Shown here: positions 18,770-26,525 of the stretch, piece by piece
Layout: each line of letters starts with the position of its first letter
How positions within the stretch are numbered: the first letter of the stretch is position 1
The notes under the pieces: generated by a model
The model's database searches: none
The model's input: the letters and a program-made list of their open reading frames with translations, nothing else
What the model was told of the DNA's origin: nothing
IMG/VR virus record: IMGVR_UViG_3300023108_000002
DNA: 64,000 nucleotides
Strand: one strand, 5' to 3'
Origin: a virus
Taxonomy: Duplodnaviria > Caudoviricetes
Position numbers and translations under genes: made by a program

Positions 18770-19333
18770 ATGGGTAAAAGAAGTAAATTTGAACACAGAA
18801 AAAATGACTTTTACCCAACTCCAATAGAAGCAGTCCAGCCTCTAGTGGAATTCCTTCCAAAACACATATTTAAGTTTTACGAGCCTTGTGCTGGTGATGG
18901 TAGACTTGTAAACCATCTACACAAATTGTCGCCAGGAATATCTATGGGCCACACAGATATAGACCCACAATGTGATTGGGTAGGAAAGAAAGATGCCTTT
19001 GAAGTAAAATTTCCACTCAATATAGACTATATCATCACAAATCCACCTTGGTCTCGGTGGTTGTTACATCCATTAATACTGCACTTTTCTAAACAAGCAC
19101 CCACTTGGCTACTGTTTGATGCTGACTGGATTCACACAAAACAGGCAGTCCAATATCTACCTCTTTGTAAAAAAGTGGTATCTATTGGGCGTGTTAAGTG
19201 GATAGAGGACAGTAAGCACACTGGTAAAGATAATAGTTGCTGGTATTTATTTGATTATAATGATACTACTAGTGAAACTACATTTCATCCAAACCCAAAA
19301 TGGACACAAGAATGCTTACAAATCCCGATTTAG
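18770..19333 (+). CDS. Orphan amino (N6-adenine-type) DNA methyltransferase
   Basis: NDFYPTP, motif I YEPCAGDG preceding motif IV IITNPPW. Confidence 0.85.
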   Translation: MGKRSKFEHRKNDFYPTPIEAVQPLVEFLPKHIFKFYEPCAGDGRLVNHLHKLSPGISMGHTDIDPQCDWVGKKDAFEVKFPLNIDYIITNPPWSRWLLHPLILHFSKQAPTWLLFDADWIHTKQAVQYLPLCKKVVSIGRVKWIEDSKHTGKDNSCWYLFDYNDTTSETTFHPNPKWTQECLQIPI

Positions 19334-19833
19334 AAGAATTGATAGAATTACTATCAAAGCTTACAACAAATACAAAAATATACCTTGGATGTGACTCGAT
19401 TAGATTTTTAGATAAAAGAGGTAAAAAAATGGGCAGATATGCCACCGTTCTTATTGTTCATATGGACGGAAAGCATGGATGTAGGATTTTTTCAAATATA
19501 TCTTACGAACCAGACTATGATGTAAAGAAATCCAGACCGAAAATCAGATTGTTGAATGAAGTGCGAAAGGTGTGCGAGCTATATCAACAAGTTATACCTT
19601 ATATAGATGAATTTGATATTGAAGTACATCTGGATATTAACACAGACCCAAAACATGGTAGTAATTGTGTTGCAAATGAAGCAGCAGGCTATGTTTTAGG
19701 TATGACAGGAATTGAACCAAAACTAAAACCAGAAAGTTGGGCTGCAAGTTTTGGAGCAGATGGGGTTGCTCACGGTAGACATAAGAGAGAGGCCCAAAAA
19801 CAACCAACATGGGCATATGAGGCAATCCTATGA
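19300..19833 (+). CDS. RNase H-like protein (DUF458 type)
   Basis: IYLGCDS, YATVLIVH, EVHLDIN, SWAASFGAD. Confidence 0.75.
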   Translation: MDTRMLTNPDLEELIELLSKLTTNTKIYLGCDSIRFLDKRGKKMGRYATVLIVHMDGKHGCRIFSNISYEPDYDVKKSRPKIRLLNEVRKVCELYQQVIPYIDEFDIEVHLDINTDPKHGSNCVANEAAGYVLGMTGIEPKLKPESWAASFGADGVAHGRHKREAQKQPTWAYEAIL

Positions 19834-20132
19834 TAAGATATCTTGGCAGAGTTACAATAGCATTTTCTATTTTTCTAAACAGTCTCTTTGGCGGTAGAAA
19901 TAATCAAACTCTATCAGCACAACAATATGAGAGACAAAGACAGGGAAAATGGAATTTATGTTGGATCATTGATAAATTATTTGCGTTTGAAGGCGACGGC
20001 CATTGTCTAGAAGCATGGATAAAATGGCAAATCATACACAGAGCAATGGATGATTATAAAAACATTGCAGAAAAGTACTATAGAAGAGAAGTCGGATATG
20101 AAAAACAAGAATCATTTAAGCGGATGTTGTGA
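19830..20132 (+). CDS. Hypothetical protein, 100 aa
   Basis: ATGA overlap; NQTLSA...W..ID.LF...HC pattern. Confidence 0.6.
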   Translation: MIRYLGRVTIAFSIFLNSLFGGRNNQTLSAQQYERQRQGKWNLCWIIDKLFAFEGDGHCLEAWIKWQIIHRAMDDYKNIAEKYYRREVGYEKQESFKRML

Positions 20133-20271
20133 TGATGTTGATATAATACAAACGGAAGGGGCAGTTTATACTCCCAATGGATGGAGAGTCAGATATATCT
20201 TGACAATTTGCGATAATTGTGGTAGTATAAAGGCAAGATCTAATTTTTATGATGCAGAGGAGCGAATATGA
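20098..20271 (+). CDS. Small Zn-ribbon-like protein
   Basis: GCC...CDNCG cysteines. Confidence 0.45.
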   Translation: MKNKNHLSGCCDDVDIIQTEGAVYTPNGWRVRYILTICDNCGSIKARSNFYDAEERI

Positions 20272-20627
20272 GTATGCATTTAGTTGGGCCATATATGACC
20301 ACAACAAATACCAAGAAAAGAAAATCTAAAAAGAAGTCAAAATCACTTCTACAAGCAGAAGCTGATCACGAAAAGTTCTTAAAACGCATGGGCGTGGGTA
20401 AAAGTAAGACAGAATATCGTGCTGACCTGCCGAGCTACAAGTGTATAAACACAAACATTGTTCCAACTTCTGATGTCATTTGTAGTAATGGATCAAGGAA
20501 AGAGAGAAACATATATAGTGGTGAACGTCAATTGATAGGAGTTGCCACAATGCACAAGTCAAATATGGTGCCTATTTTTGCAGACAAGAAAGAAGATGCT
20601 AAAGAAATTGCAAAAATGAGGCGATAA
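20268..20627 (+). CDS. Conserved hypothetical T4-like protein, 119 aa
   Basis: Basic N-terminus and MHKSNMVPIF motif recalled from marine T4-like phages. Confidence 0.65.
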   Translation: MSMHLVGPYMTTTNTKKRKSKKKSKSLLQAEADHEKFLKRMGVGKSKTEYRADLPSYKCINTNIVPTSDVICSNGSRKERNIYSGERQLIGVATMHKSNMVPIFADKKEDAKEIAKMRR

Positions 20628-20824
20628 TGAAAGACCCACTAGAGTTTCGTAAAAAATATCAGGGTATTATAGAAAACTTGACGAATAATGCAGATCAATG
20701 TGCATATCAGTGGGCTCTCAGTGGTGAAAATGAATGGTTGGCAGGATATTATATGTACGTGAAAAAGATTGAAGTCCTAAAGACATGGATAAAAGAACGC
20801 GAGAAAGAAGAAAATGACAAATGA
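20627..20824 (+). CDS. Hypothetical protein, 65 aa
   Basis: Stop/start overlap. Confidence 0.6.
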   Translation: MKDPLEFRKKYQGIIENLTNNADQCAYQWALSGENEWLAGYYMYVKKIEVLKTWIKEREKEENDK

Positions 20825-21065
20825 GACAAAGCTCATACTCATCACAGATTTTATCGAACAAAAATTGAGAAAAGAAAAAGAATTAGAATATTATTTGAAA
20901 GAATTGGAAGAACTTCAGCGTAAAATTGGATATTTGCGCCAAGAAGTAAATCTTACCAACACAATTATCAACATGATAAAGACAGATACGATATATGATA
21001 TCAAAGAAAAGATGCTCACTGAAGAAAAGGTGATACAATTACCAGAGGAAGATATAGATGCCTGA
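20814..21065 (+). CDS. Hypothetical coiled-coil protein, 83 aa
   Basis: Overlapping, co-directional. Confidence 0.65.
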   Translation: MTNETKLILITDFIEQKLRKEKELEYYLKELEELQRKIGYLRQEVNLTNTIINMIKTDTIYDIKEKMLTEEKVIQLPEEDIDA

Positions 21066-21157
21066 TTGGATGCTCATTGGATTGCTTGTTTTGGCTGTTT
21101 GTGTCATAATTCTTATCACGGAATTGATAGAATCATGGTGGACAGGAAGAAAATAAA

Positions 21158-21283
21158 ATGACAGATGATGAAATTCGTGAAATGATAGAAATGTTTCCAA
21201 ATCTACCTAACCCCACTCACTATCCACAGACATTTCTCTACTATGTGAACCTGTATCGTTTTCTAAAATCTTTCGGGAACTAA
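21158..21283 (+). CDS. Hypothetical protein, 41 aa
   Basis: Hand-found (MTDDEIREMIEMFPNLPNPTHYP...). Confidence 0.45.
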   Translation: MTDDEIREMIEMFPNLPNPTHYPQTFLYYVNLYRFLKSFGN

Positions 21284-21556
21284 TTTTGCAACAAATTGCT
21301 CATAGCCACCGACATATTCCCACTCTCCATTTACTTCTGCCCAGATTTGAGGCACAGTCTTAGGACGAGCTCCTGTTGAAAACTCTTTTTCATAATCATT
21401 GACAAGCATTGCTTTCACTCTGGTGGATTGAATATCATATTCATCAATCTCAATACCACGATCTTTACAGAGTGCTGCCGTTGCTTTACAGTATCCACAA
21501 TTCTCTTTTGTGTACATTCTAATTCGTGCTACATTCATCTTACAAATCTCCATCAT
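21263..21556 (-). CDS. Glutaredoxin
   Basis: CGYC active site, TVPQIW cis-Pro loop, YVGGY. Confidence 0.9.
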   Translation of the reverse strand: MMEICKMNVARIRMYTKENCGYCKATAALCKDRGIEIDEYDIQSTRVKAMLVNDYEKEFSTGARPKTVPQIWAEVNGEWEYVGGYEQFVAKLVPERF

Positions 21557-21568
21557 AATATATAGGGT

Positions 21569-21754
21569 ATGTCACAAGAGAAAAAAATAAGCATTGTCGA
21601 TAAAGTTCTGCTAGTCATCATTGTTGTTGTATGGCTAGATCAAGAATTTTTCAAATTCACAGAACCCTCTCATAAGAAATTTCTTTCATTCTTTGAGCCA
21701 ACAACTTCTGTTGTTCACGCTTTTCTTCGATTAGGTGAAAAACCGCTAAAATAG
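21569..21754 (+). CDS. Hypothetical membrane protein, 61 aa
   Basis: Single hydrophobic stretch; divergent from glutaredoxin. Confidence 0.45.
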   Translation: MSQEKKISIVDKVLLVIIVVVWLDQEFFKFTEPSHKKFLSFFEPTTSVVHAFLRLGEKPLK

Positions 21755-21757
21755 TTC

Positions 21758-21786
21758 TTGACACGAAAGAACGAATCATCTATACT
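21758..21786 (+). promoter_or_regulatory. Early promoter with GANTC 3 bp upstream of the -10 element
   Basis: TTGACA-N17-TATACT; CGAATCA at 21772-21778. Confidence 0.88.
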
Positions 21787-21815
21787 GATAATGTAGAAAG
21801 AAAAAGGAAATTCTT

Positions 21816-22022
21816 ATGAACCTACCTCTTGAAATTGGCCAGTCATTCATTCGTCGCTATTCAGACTATGTTGCAACAGGAGAGATCACTTCGATTTCCA
21901 CTGATGCCGATGACGAAACTCTGATCACTGTGATGTTTGACGATGGTGCGGTAAAAGTCTACACCGAAAACTGCATAGAGCAAAACTTGGGCCGCCGCAT
22001 GATAGTTTTAGATGATGCATAA
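21816..22022 (+). CDS. Hypothetical early protein, 68 aa
   Basis: Own promoter; AAGGA RBS. Confidence 0.7.
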   Translation: MNLPLEIGQSFIRRYSDYVATGEITSISTDADDETLITVMFDDGAVKVYTENCIEQNLGRRMIVLDDA

Positions 22023-22197
22023 TTTCTCGCTTCTAGATTGTATGATGATACTCATATTTTCTCACTTGCTTTATTTTAGTGTTCTACTTCTATTTCTCAC
22101 AGGAAGTCCAGGCGCAACAATTCTCGGCTGGTTCTTTTGGGAGATATGGAAAGGTTATGAAAAATGGAGATTGACAAATGACAACTATTTTACATAA
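22012..22197 (+). CDS. Hypothetical membrane protein, 61 aa
   Basis: Hydrophobic; overlapping operon. Confidence 0.5.
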   Translation: MMHNFSLLDCMMILIFSHLLYFSVLLLFLTGSPGATILGWFFWEIWKGYEKWRLTNDNYFT

Positions 22198-22438
22198 GTC
22201 TGGCCCACAACCTTGGGAAGCCAACAAACAAACTTCATCTTCCAACAAGCCTCCATACGCAATCATGATCGAGTTCGATAATGACGAATGGATGTATGTC
22301 TGTGAAGGATCACAATGGCAAGAATCAAAGGACAATCCAGTACTCTATGATACATATGAAGAAGCTCTAGAAGCATCTAAAGTCTGGAATAATCCTCGCA
22401 TAGTTTCTTATCATATTTCCGCTGCTGACCGCGGCTAG
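22178..22438 (+). CDS. Hypothetical protein, 86 aa
   Basis: GGAG RBS; co-directional. Confidence 0.6.
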   Translation: MTTILHKSGPQPWEANKQTSSSNKPPYAIMIEFDNDEWMYVCEGSQWQESKDNPVLYDTYEEALEASKVWNNPRIVSYHISAADRG

Positions 22439-22707
22439 ACCGGAGCCCATTTTCTCTCTTTCTAAGGAGTTTCAAATGATACGAGAAAGGGTTTCACAAT
22501 GAGGAAGAATTTTGCCTTTTTTGGAGTAAATTATATATAACTGTATGACAGGATTTATGAAGAAAAGAAAAGGTAAATATATTGCATATGACGCCAATGG
22601 AAAGGTGCTCATAATCTCACGATCTTTGACTGTATGTAAGGAAGTCTTAGCGAGTATAATGAATAATGAAAGAGAACATTTGAATGAATCAGAAAAAGAA
22701 AAATATT

Positions 22708-23007
22708 ATGCAAGGATACGACAAGAAGAAACATCCGATACTTGAGCTTGAACAGAACATCTTAGACTGTTGGAAAGTCTGTGATGATATTGACTTGGTC
22801 TGGAAGGAAATGTATGATGGAAATCCAGAACCAACTGAAGATCAGATTGCCAATGCTATGATAGGATTGAATCAGATCTATGAGTGGAAATTTCAGAGAC
22901 TTTGGAATAATTTCGAAGAAGTCTTGAAGAAGAATTCCGAGCCGCCGGATACCCATGAGAATGATGGCGAGAATTGGGAAAAATGGAGATTGAATGATGG
23001 AGATTGA
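22708..23007 (+). CDS. Hypothetical protein
   Basis: Helical acidic ORF; start uncertain (22684 or 22708). Confidence 0.6.
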   Translation: MQGYDKKKHPILELEQNILDCWKVCDDIDLVWKEMYDGNPEPTEDQIANAMIGLNQIYEWKFQRLWNNFEEVLKKNSEPPDTHENDGENWEKWRLNDGD

Positions 23008-23198
23008 TGGGAAAAGATGGGGAAAATTGGGATTCTTAGGGATATGATTTTCAGGAATCCGCTGCAGATTCTAGCTTTTGGGGGTTTAGCGAATATTTGA
23101 GACTGTTGAGTAAATCCCCCAGCCTTTTTTCTGAGCCGCCTGAGAGATGCCGCTGAGAATTTCTGCCAAAATATTTTAAAAAAAATGCCGAATTGCCC

Positions 23199-23227
23199 TT
23201 GACATTTCATTGCGAATCACTTATATT
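23199..23227 (+). promoter_or_regulatory. Early promoter with GANTC 3 bp upstream of the -10 element; no downstream ORF
   Basis: CCTTGACA-N17-TATATT; CGAATCA at 23213-23219. Confidence 0.88.
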
Positions 23228-23237
23228 AATATATGTA

Positions 23238-23454
23238 AGAAGAAAAGATTTTAGACTCTTTTCCTCATATGTCCGTGCGGAGGGCAGGCCACCTGAAAGC
23301 ACGATCTCTGGTGAATATATTCGCCCGTGAAATATCGGTGACGTGAAACCCAGAGATGTTAGTTTCAATCAAACTAGAGCGGCAACGTCAATAAGTCCGT
23401 GCGGAGAGATTGGAGATACTAGCTGGGCGTATGAGGAAAAAAGTTTTTCTTCTT
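23238..23454 (+). ncRNA. Candidate structured ncRNA, about 217 nt, family not identified
   Basis: 16-bp helix 23259-23274/23425-23440; outer helix 23238-23247/23445-23454; inner helices 23304-23311/23350-23357 and 23360-23365/23371-23376; GTCCGTGCGGAG twice; promoter upstream and terminator downstream. Confidence 0.7.
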
Positions 23455-23484
23455 TTCCCTGTCTCCTTTCTATATGGGTAACTT

Positions 23485-23517
23485 AGAGCAGTCCTTCTTT
23501 GGCTGCTCTTTTTTTTT
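23485..23517 (+). terminator. Intrinsic terminator
   Basis: AGAGCAG...CTGCTCT stem followed by a long T tract. Confidence 0.85.
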
Positions 23518-23538
23518 GAAAAAAGTTTTAAAAAGCTC

Positions 23539-23567
23539 TTGACAGTGGCCGATTATAATGTTACTAT
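23539..23567 (+). promoter_or_regulatory. Sigma70-type promoter
   Basis: TTGACA-N17-TACTAT; no GANTC. Confidence 0.75.
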
Positions 23568-23600
23568 GGCTATGCTAGCCAATAATGATTAGGAGATTAA

Positions 23601-23873
23601 ATGAGTATCGAATCATTAGCAGAAATTGCTGAATTAAATGCCTTACATGGAGTCTCTCCAGAAGAAGCTAGATTGAAATTCTTTGAGAATTTAAATGCTT
23701 CAATCATCAGAGATTACTTTGAAAAAGATATGGCATGTCCCTGTGATGAATGCCCATTAAGAGACTCTTGTGCAGAGAGTTATGCAGAGTGTTCAGCATT
23801 TAGAAACTGGGCAGTAAAAGGACAATACGATGAGGCCACAATTGGAAAACATTTGAGAGTTCCTAAAGACTGA
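23601..23873 (+). CDS. Cys-rich metal-binding hypothetical protein, 90 aa
   Basis: CPCDECPLRDSC...EC; monocistronic between a promoter and a terminator. Confidence 0.7.
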   Translation: MSIESLAEIAELNALHGVSPEEARLKFFENLNASIIRDYFEKDMACPCDECPLRDSCAESYAECSAFRNWAVKGQYDEATIGKHLRVPKD

Positions 23874-23894
23874 CCTTAGAAGAAAGTTTCTATC

Positions 23895-23926
23895 AAAAAA
23901 CCCTCTAGAGATTCTAGAGGGTTTTT
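23895..23926. terminator. Bidirectional intrinsic terminator
   Basis: AAAAACCCTCTAGA-GAT-TCTAGAGGGTTTTT. Confidence 0.85.
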
Positions 23927-24310
23927 GCGTATCTGGGGGTGACTTCAAGCTAAAAGCTTATGAGCAATTATTTATAATTCTGTGAATCTCATCTGCTAGA
24001 AATGAATAGAAAAGTTACAAAGAGTGCCCATATGAGCATCTTTTAGAGAGTTTCTGAGAGTTTCTGAAGTAGGGTCCCGGCAAAGCTTTCGTACAGCTTT
24101 AGCTCAGTTTAGCTTTCGTGACTTGAATTAGATACCCCCCTAAACCTCAGCGTGTATCTTTAAATTTGTGGGTTCCCATCTGGAATGAGGCGGAAGTGTA
24201 TAGCACCAGCCCCCCAGAATCTTTCAGTGTTTCTAAAAGTTTTTCCGAAAAAAATTTTTTTTGCTGGCTAAAAACCCAAAACCCTTTTTGGTAAGATCCT
24301 ACATATTCAC

Positions 24311-24652
24311 ATGGAAGTCAAAGAGGCATATCGTTTGTTCTGGCTCGTCAAGGGTCATTTGAATTCTCCACACGAAACCATCATGGCATCTGCGAATGGA
24401 TATTTCAAAAGAGTCTGGTATGATTTCGCGGGAGAGGATATGTCTATATGGGAAGTGGGGTTTGAAGAAGAATGGGAGAGAGTTATGTCTTTTCAAGCAC
24501 AAAAAGAAATCATCTATCATTTGACTTGTAAGGTCTGTAAGGGATATTTTACTTATGCTACTATGAATGAGCATTATGATATAGAAAGAGGCCACATGTA
24601 TTGTCCTACATGCGGCCATAGTGGTTCTGCTAAGTTAGAAGAAAGTGTTTAG
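24311..24652 (+). CDS. Hypothetical protein with a C-terminal Zn ribbon (possibly two fused small genes)
   Basis: CKVC...CPTC; internal Met (MSFQAQKE) could be a second start. Confidence 0.6.
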   Translation: MEVKEAYRLFWLVKGHLNSPHETIMASANGYFKRVWYDFAGEDMSIWEVGFEEEWERVMSFQAQKEIIYHLTCKVCKGYFTYATMNEHYDIERGHMYCPTCGHSGSAKLEESV

Positions 24653-24734
24653 TAGAGATACATAGAGATCAGTCCTATGATAAGGACGATTGAGAAAATT
24701 TCAGAAGAGACTTCTATCAAGAGGTCTTTTAGCA

Positions 24735-24905
24735 TCACTGTGTTCCTTCTAGTTGTTGTAGACACATTTCAAAATCGGCAATCATTCCTTCCGCGGCTTC
24801 TACAGCACGGGAATCTCCCATTGCGCGATACTCTAAGATATTTTGACGACAAGCATCAATGTATCCAAGGATTGAGTTACGAAAATTTTCAACTTCAGTA
24901 GACAT
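24735..24905 (-). CDS. Hypothetical early protein, 56 aa
   Basis: Hand-found (MSTEVENFRNSILGYIDAC...); own promoter and AAAGGTGATTCGAAATG RBS. Confidence 0.7.
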   Translation of the reverse strand: MSTEVENFRNSILGYIDACRQNILEYRAMGDSRAVEAAEGMIADFEMCLQQLEGTQ

Positions 24906-24963
24906 TTCGAATCACCTTTCTTTGTCACTCTACTATGTTATGATATTTGTAGAGAGCTGTCAA
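24906..24963 (-). promoter_or_regulatory. Early promoter/RBS cassette (inverted)
   Basis: TTGACA-N17-TAACAT; AGGTGATTCGAA before the ATG. Confidence 0.85.
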
Positions 24964-24971
24964 GAGCAAAA

Positions 24972-25169
24972 TTAGCAAAAGACAACTCTCAAAACTTCAC
25001 CTCTTTCGCCGAAGAGTGTGTGAACAACTCTGTGAAGATGCCTTTGTGCGAGTCTGCATTCGAACCATGCTTCCGCTTCTGCCAAAGTCTCAACAACAAG
25101 AGCAGGCATTGCCAAAGTTCCCATCACAGGACACAAAGTGGTGATCGTAGTTCTTACTTCATATGTCAT
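24972..25169 (-). CDS. Hypothetical early protein, 65 aa
   Basis: Own promoter/RBS cassette. Confidence 0.7.
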   Translation of the reverse strand: MTYEVRTTITTLCPVMGTLAMPALVVETLAEAEAWFECRLAQRHLHRVVHTLFGERGEVLRVVFC

Positions 25170-25227
25170 TTCGAATCACCTCTCTCTTATTATGTCTAAC
25201 TATACCACACAAAAAGGAATCTGTCAA
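25170..25227 (-). promoter_or_regulatory. Early promoter/RBS cassette (inverted) with two GANTC sites
   Basis: TTGACA-GATTC...N17-TATAGT; GAGGTGATTCGAA before the ATG. Confidence 0.88.
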
Positions 25228-25230
25228 CCC

Positions 25231-25458
25231 CTAAAATGACTCATAATACCAAGATGGTATCGGTTTATGGGTTATTTCAGTAACTCCCCAACTCTCAAAC
25301 CTTCCATTTTTGATTGCCTCTATGGCATTTTTCTTTGTTTTGAAAGGACAATTAGGCATCATGATTGGTTCGATGTTTTCATCCACAACAACCCAACCAT
25401 ACCAACCTTTTTTGGGAGTCGGCCATGTCCAAGTGTTTTTTACAACTCTTACTTTCAT
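25231..25458 (-). CDS. Hypothetical protein, 75 aa
   Basis: Downstream of the sigma region 4 gene in the same transcript. Confidence 0.55.
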   Translation of the reverse strand: MKVRVVKNTWTWPTPKKGWYGWVVVDENIEPIMMPNCPFKTKKNAIEAIKNGRFESWGVTEITHKPIPSWYYESF

Positions 25459-25470
25459 AATGTATCAGAC

Positions 25471-25716
25471 TTACGCAGCAATGTCAACTAAAATCGAGCG
25501 AAGATCCGCAGAACGCGAAGGATGTTTCAGTTTCCGTTCGGCTTTGGCTTGGATTTGACGAATGCGCTCAACAGACAAGTTCATAATGCATCCGATTTCG
25601 CCGAGAGTGTGCTGCCCGACACCGTTCAGTCCGTAGCGCATTCGAATGACACGCTCTTCTCTGGGGGAGAGAGTAAGAAGAGTTGTACGAAGAATGTCTG
25701 AGTCGTTCTTAATCAT
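25471..25716 (-). CDS. Stand-alone RpoD (sigma70) region 4 protein, 81 aa
   Basis: LSPREERVIRMRYGL...HTLGEIG...SVERIRQIQAKAERKLKHPSRS..LRSIL aligns end to end with primary-sigma region 4 including the C-terminal tail; no regions 1-3. Confidence 0.9.
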   Translation of the reverse strand: MIKNDSDILRTTLLTLSPREERVIRMRYGLNGVGQHTLGEIGCIMNLSVERIRQIQAKAERKLKHPSRSADLRSILVDIAA

Positions 25717-25774
25717 TTCGAATCACCTTTCTCTTATTACTCTTATAATCTAACAGATTCATAGAGAAAGTCAA
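25717..25774 (-). promoter_or_regulatory. Early promoter/RBS cassette (inverted) with two GANTC sites
   Basis: CCCTTGACT-N16-TAGATT with TG extension; GAATC 3 bp before the -10; AAAGGTGATTCGAA before the ATG. Confidence 0.85.
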
Positions 25775-26039
25775 GGGCTTTTTTTAGCCTGCTTGAATGT
25801 AGATGTATTCGGAATTTTCTAGAGTAGGAAAGTTGGAAACATTTTGCAGATCGACTTTGCGAACAAAGTGGCCGTGGTGAATGACATACCACCACCTTTG
25901 TTGATCTGGAATGCTGTCTCCTTGAAGATATATCTTTCCCATACTGAAACATATTTATTTTTAGCGGTCAAAAGCAGCGGGTCAAATCCAAGGAATTCTA
26001 ACATAAATTATATTGTGAGGTATTAGAAGGAAATACTCT

Positions 26040-26525
26040 ATGGAAAATCAGAATCAAAATAAGAAACTTTGGAAAAAGGTAAAGAAAATGGATTTAGGAA
26101 ACCCTGCCGTCACGGCACTAGTAGGTCTGGTAATATTCTATATCGGATTAAAAACATTCTCTGGGGGCATGAAGGCCATGGGAAACATGGAGCATCTTTC
26201 GTTTTTCTTGGGAAATCCACTGTATATGTTCTTTGGTGGAATCATCATGACTTTGTTGTGGCAATCGTCAAGCTTGAGTACAACCGCCATCATTGCGTTG
26301 GTTGCGTCTGGTGCCTTGCCGCTTCCGGCAGCGATTGGAGCAGTTCTAGGAGCGAACATCGGAACAACAGGAACCATCTGGCTTGCGGGAATTTTTGTTT
26401 CTGATGGCATGCCGAAGGGAGACACACTACGAATTGCGATGGCACATACAGGAGCGAACCTTCTAATGGCTATCATGTTGTTGCCGTTTGTTGGCCAGAT
26501 TGCTAAATATTTGAGCAAATTTTAG
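26040..26525 (+). CDS. Na+/Pi cotransporter family protein, single repeat (161 aa)
   Basis: WQSSSLST and GANIGTT signature motifs; hydrophobic. Confidence 0.88.
   Translation: MENQNQNKKLWKKVKKMDLGNPAVTALVGLVIFYIGLKTFSGGMKAMGNMEHLSFFLGNPLYMFFGGIIMTLLWQSSSLSTTAIIALVASGALPLPAAIGAVLGANIGTTGTIWLAGIFVSDGMPKGDTLRIAMAHTGANLLMAIMLLPFVGQIAKYLSKF

Noticed and set aside
18770-19333. Calling the methyltransferase a CcrM homologue
   Set aside because: The motif order (I before IV, NPPW) does not match beta-class CcrM (DPPY first); specificity cannot be read from sequence
23238-23454. Identification of the ncRNA as 6S RNA or RNase P RNA
   Set aside because: The core is multibranched rather than a rod with a central bubble, and the RNase P GAGGAAAGUCC/P4 signature is absent; left unassigned
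24311-24652. Possible fusion or read-through of two small genes
   Set aside because: There is no internal stop or recoding signal; it cannot be distinguished from an ordinary two-domain ORF without homologue comparison
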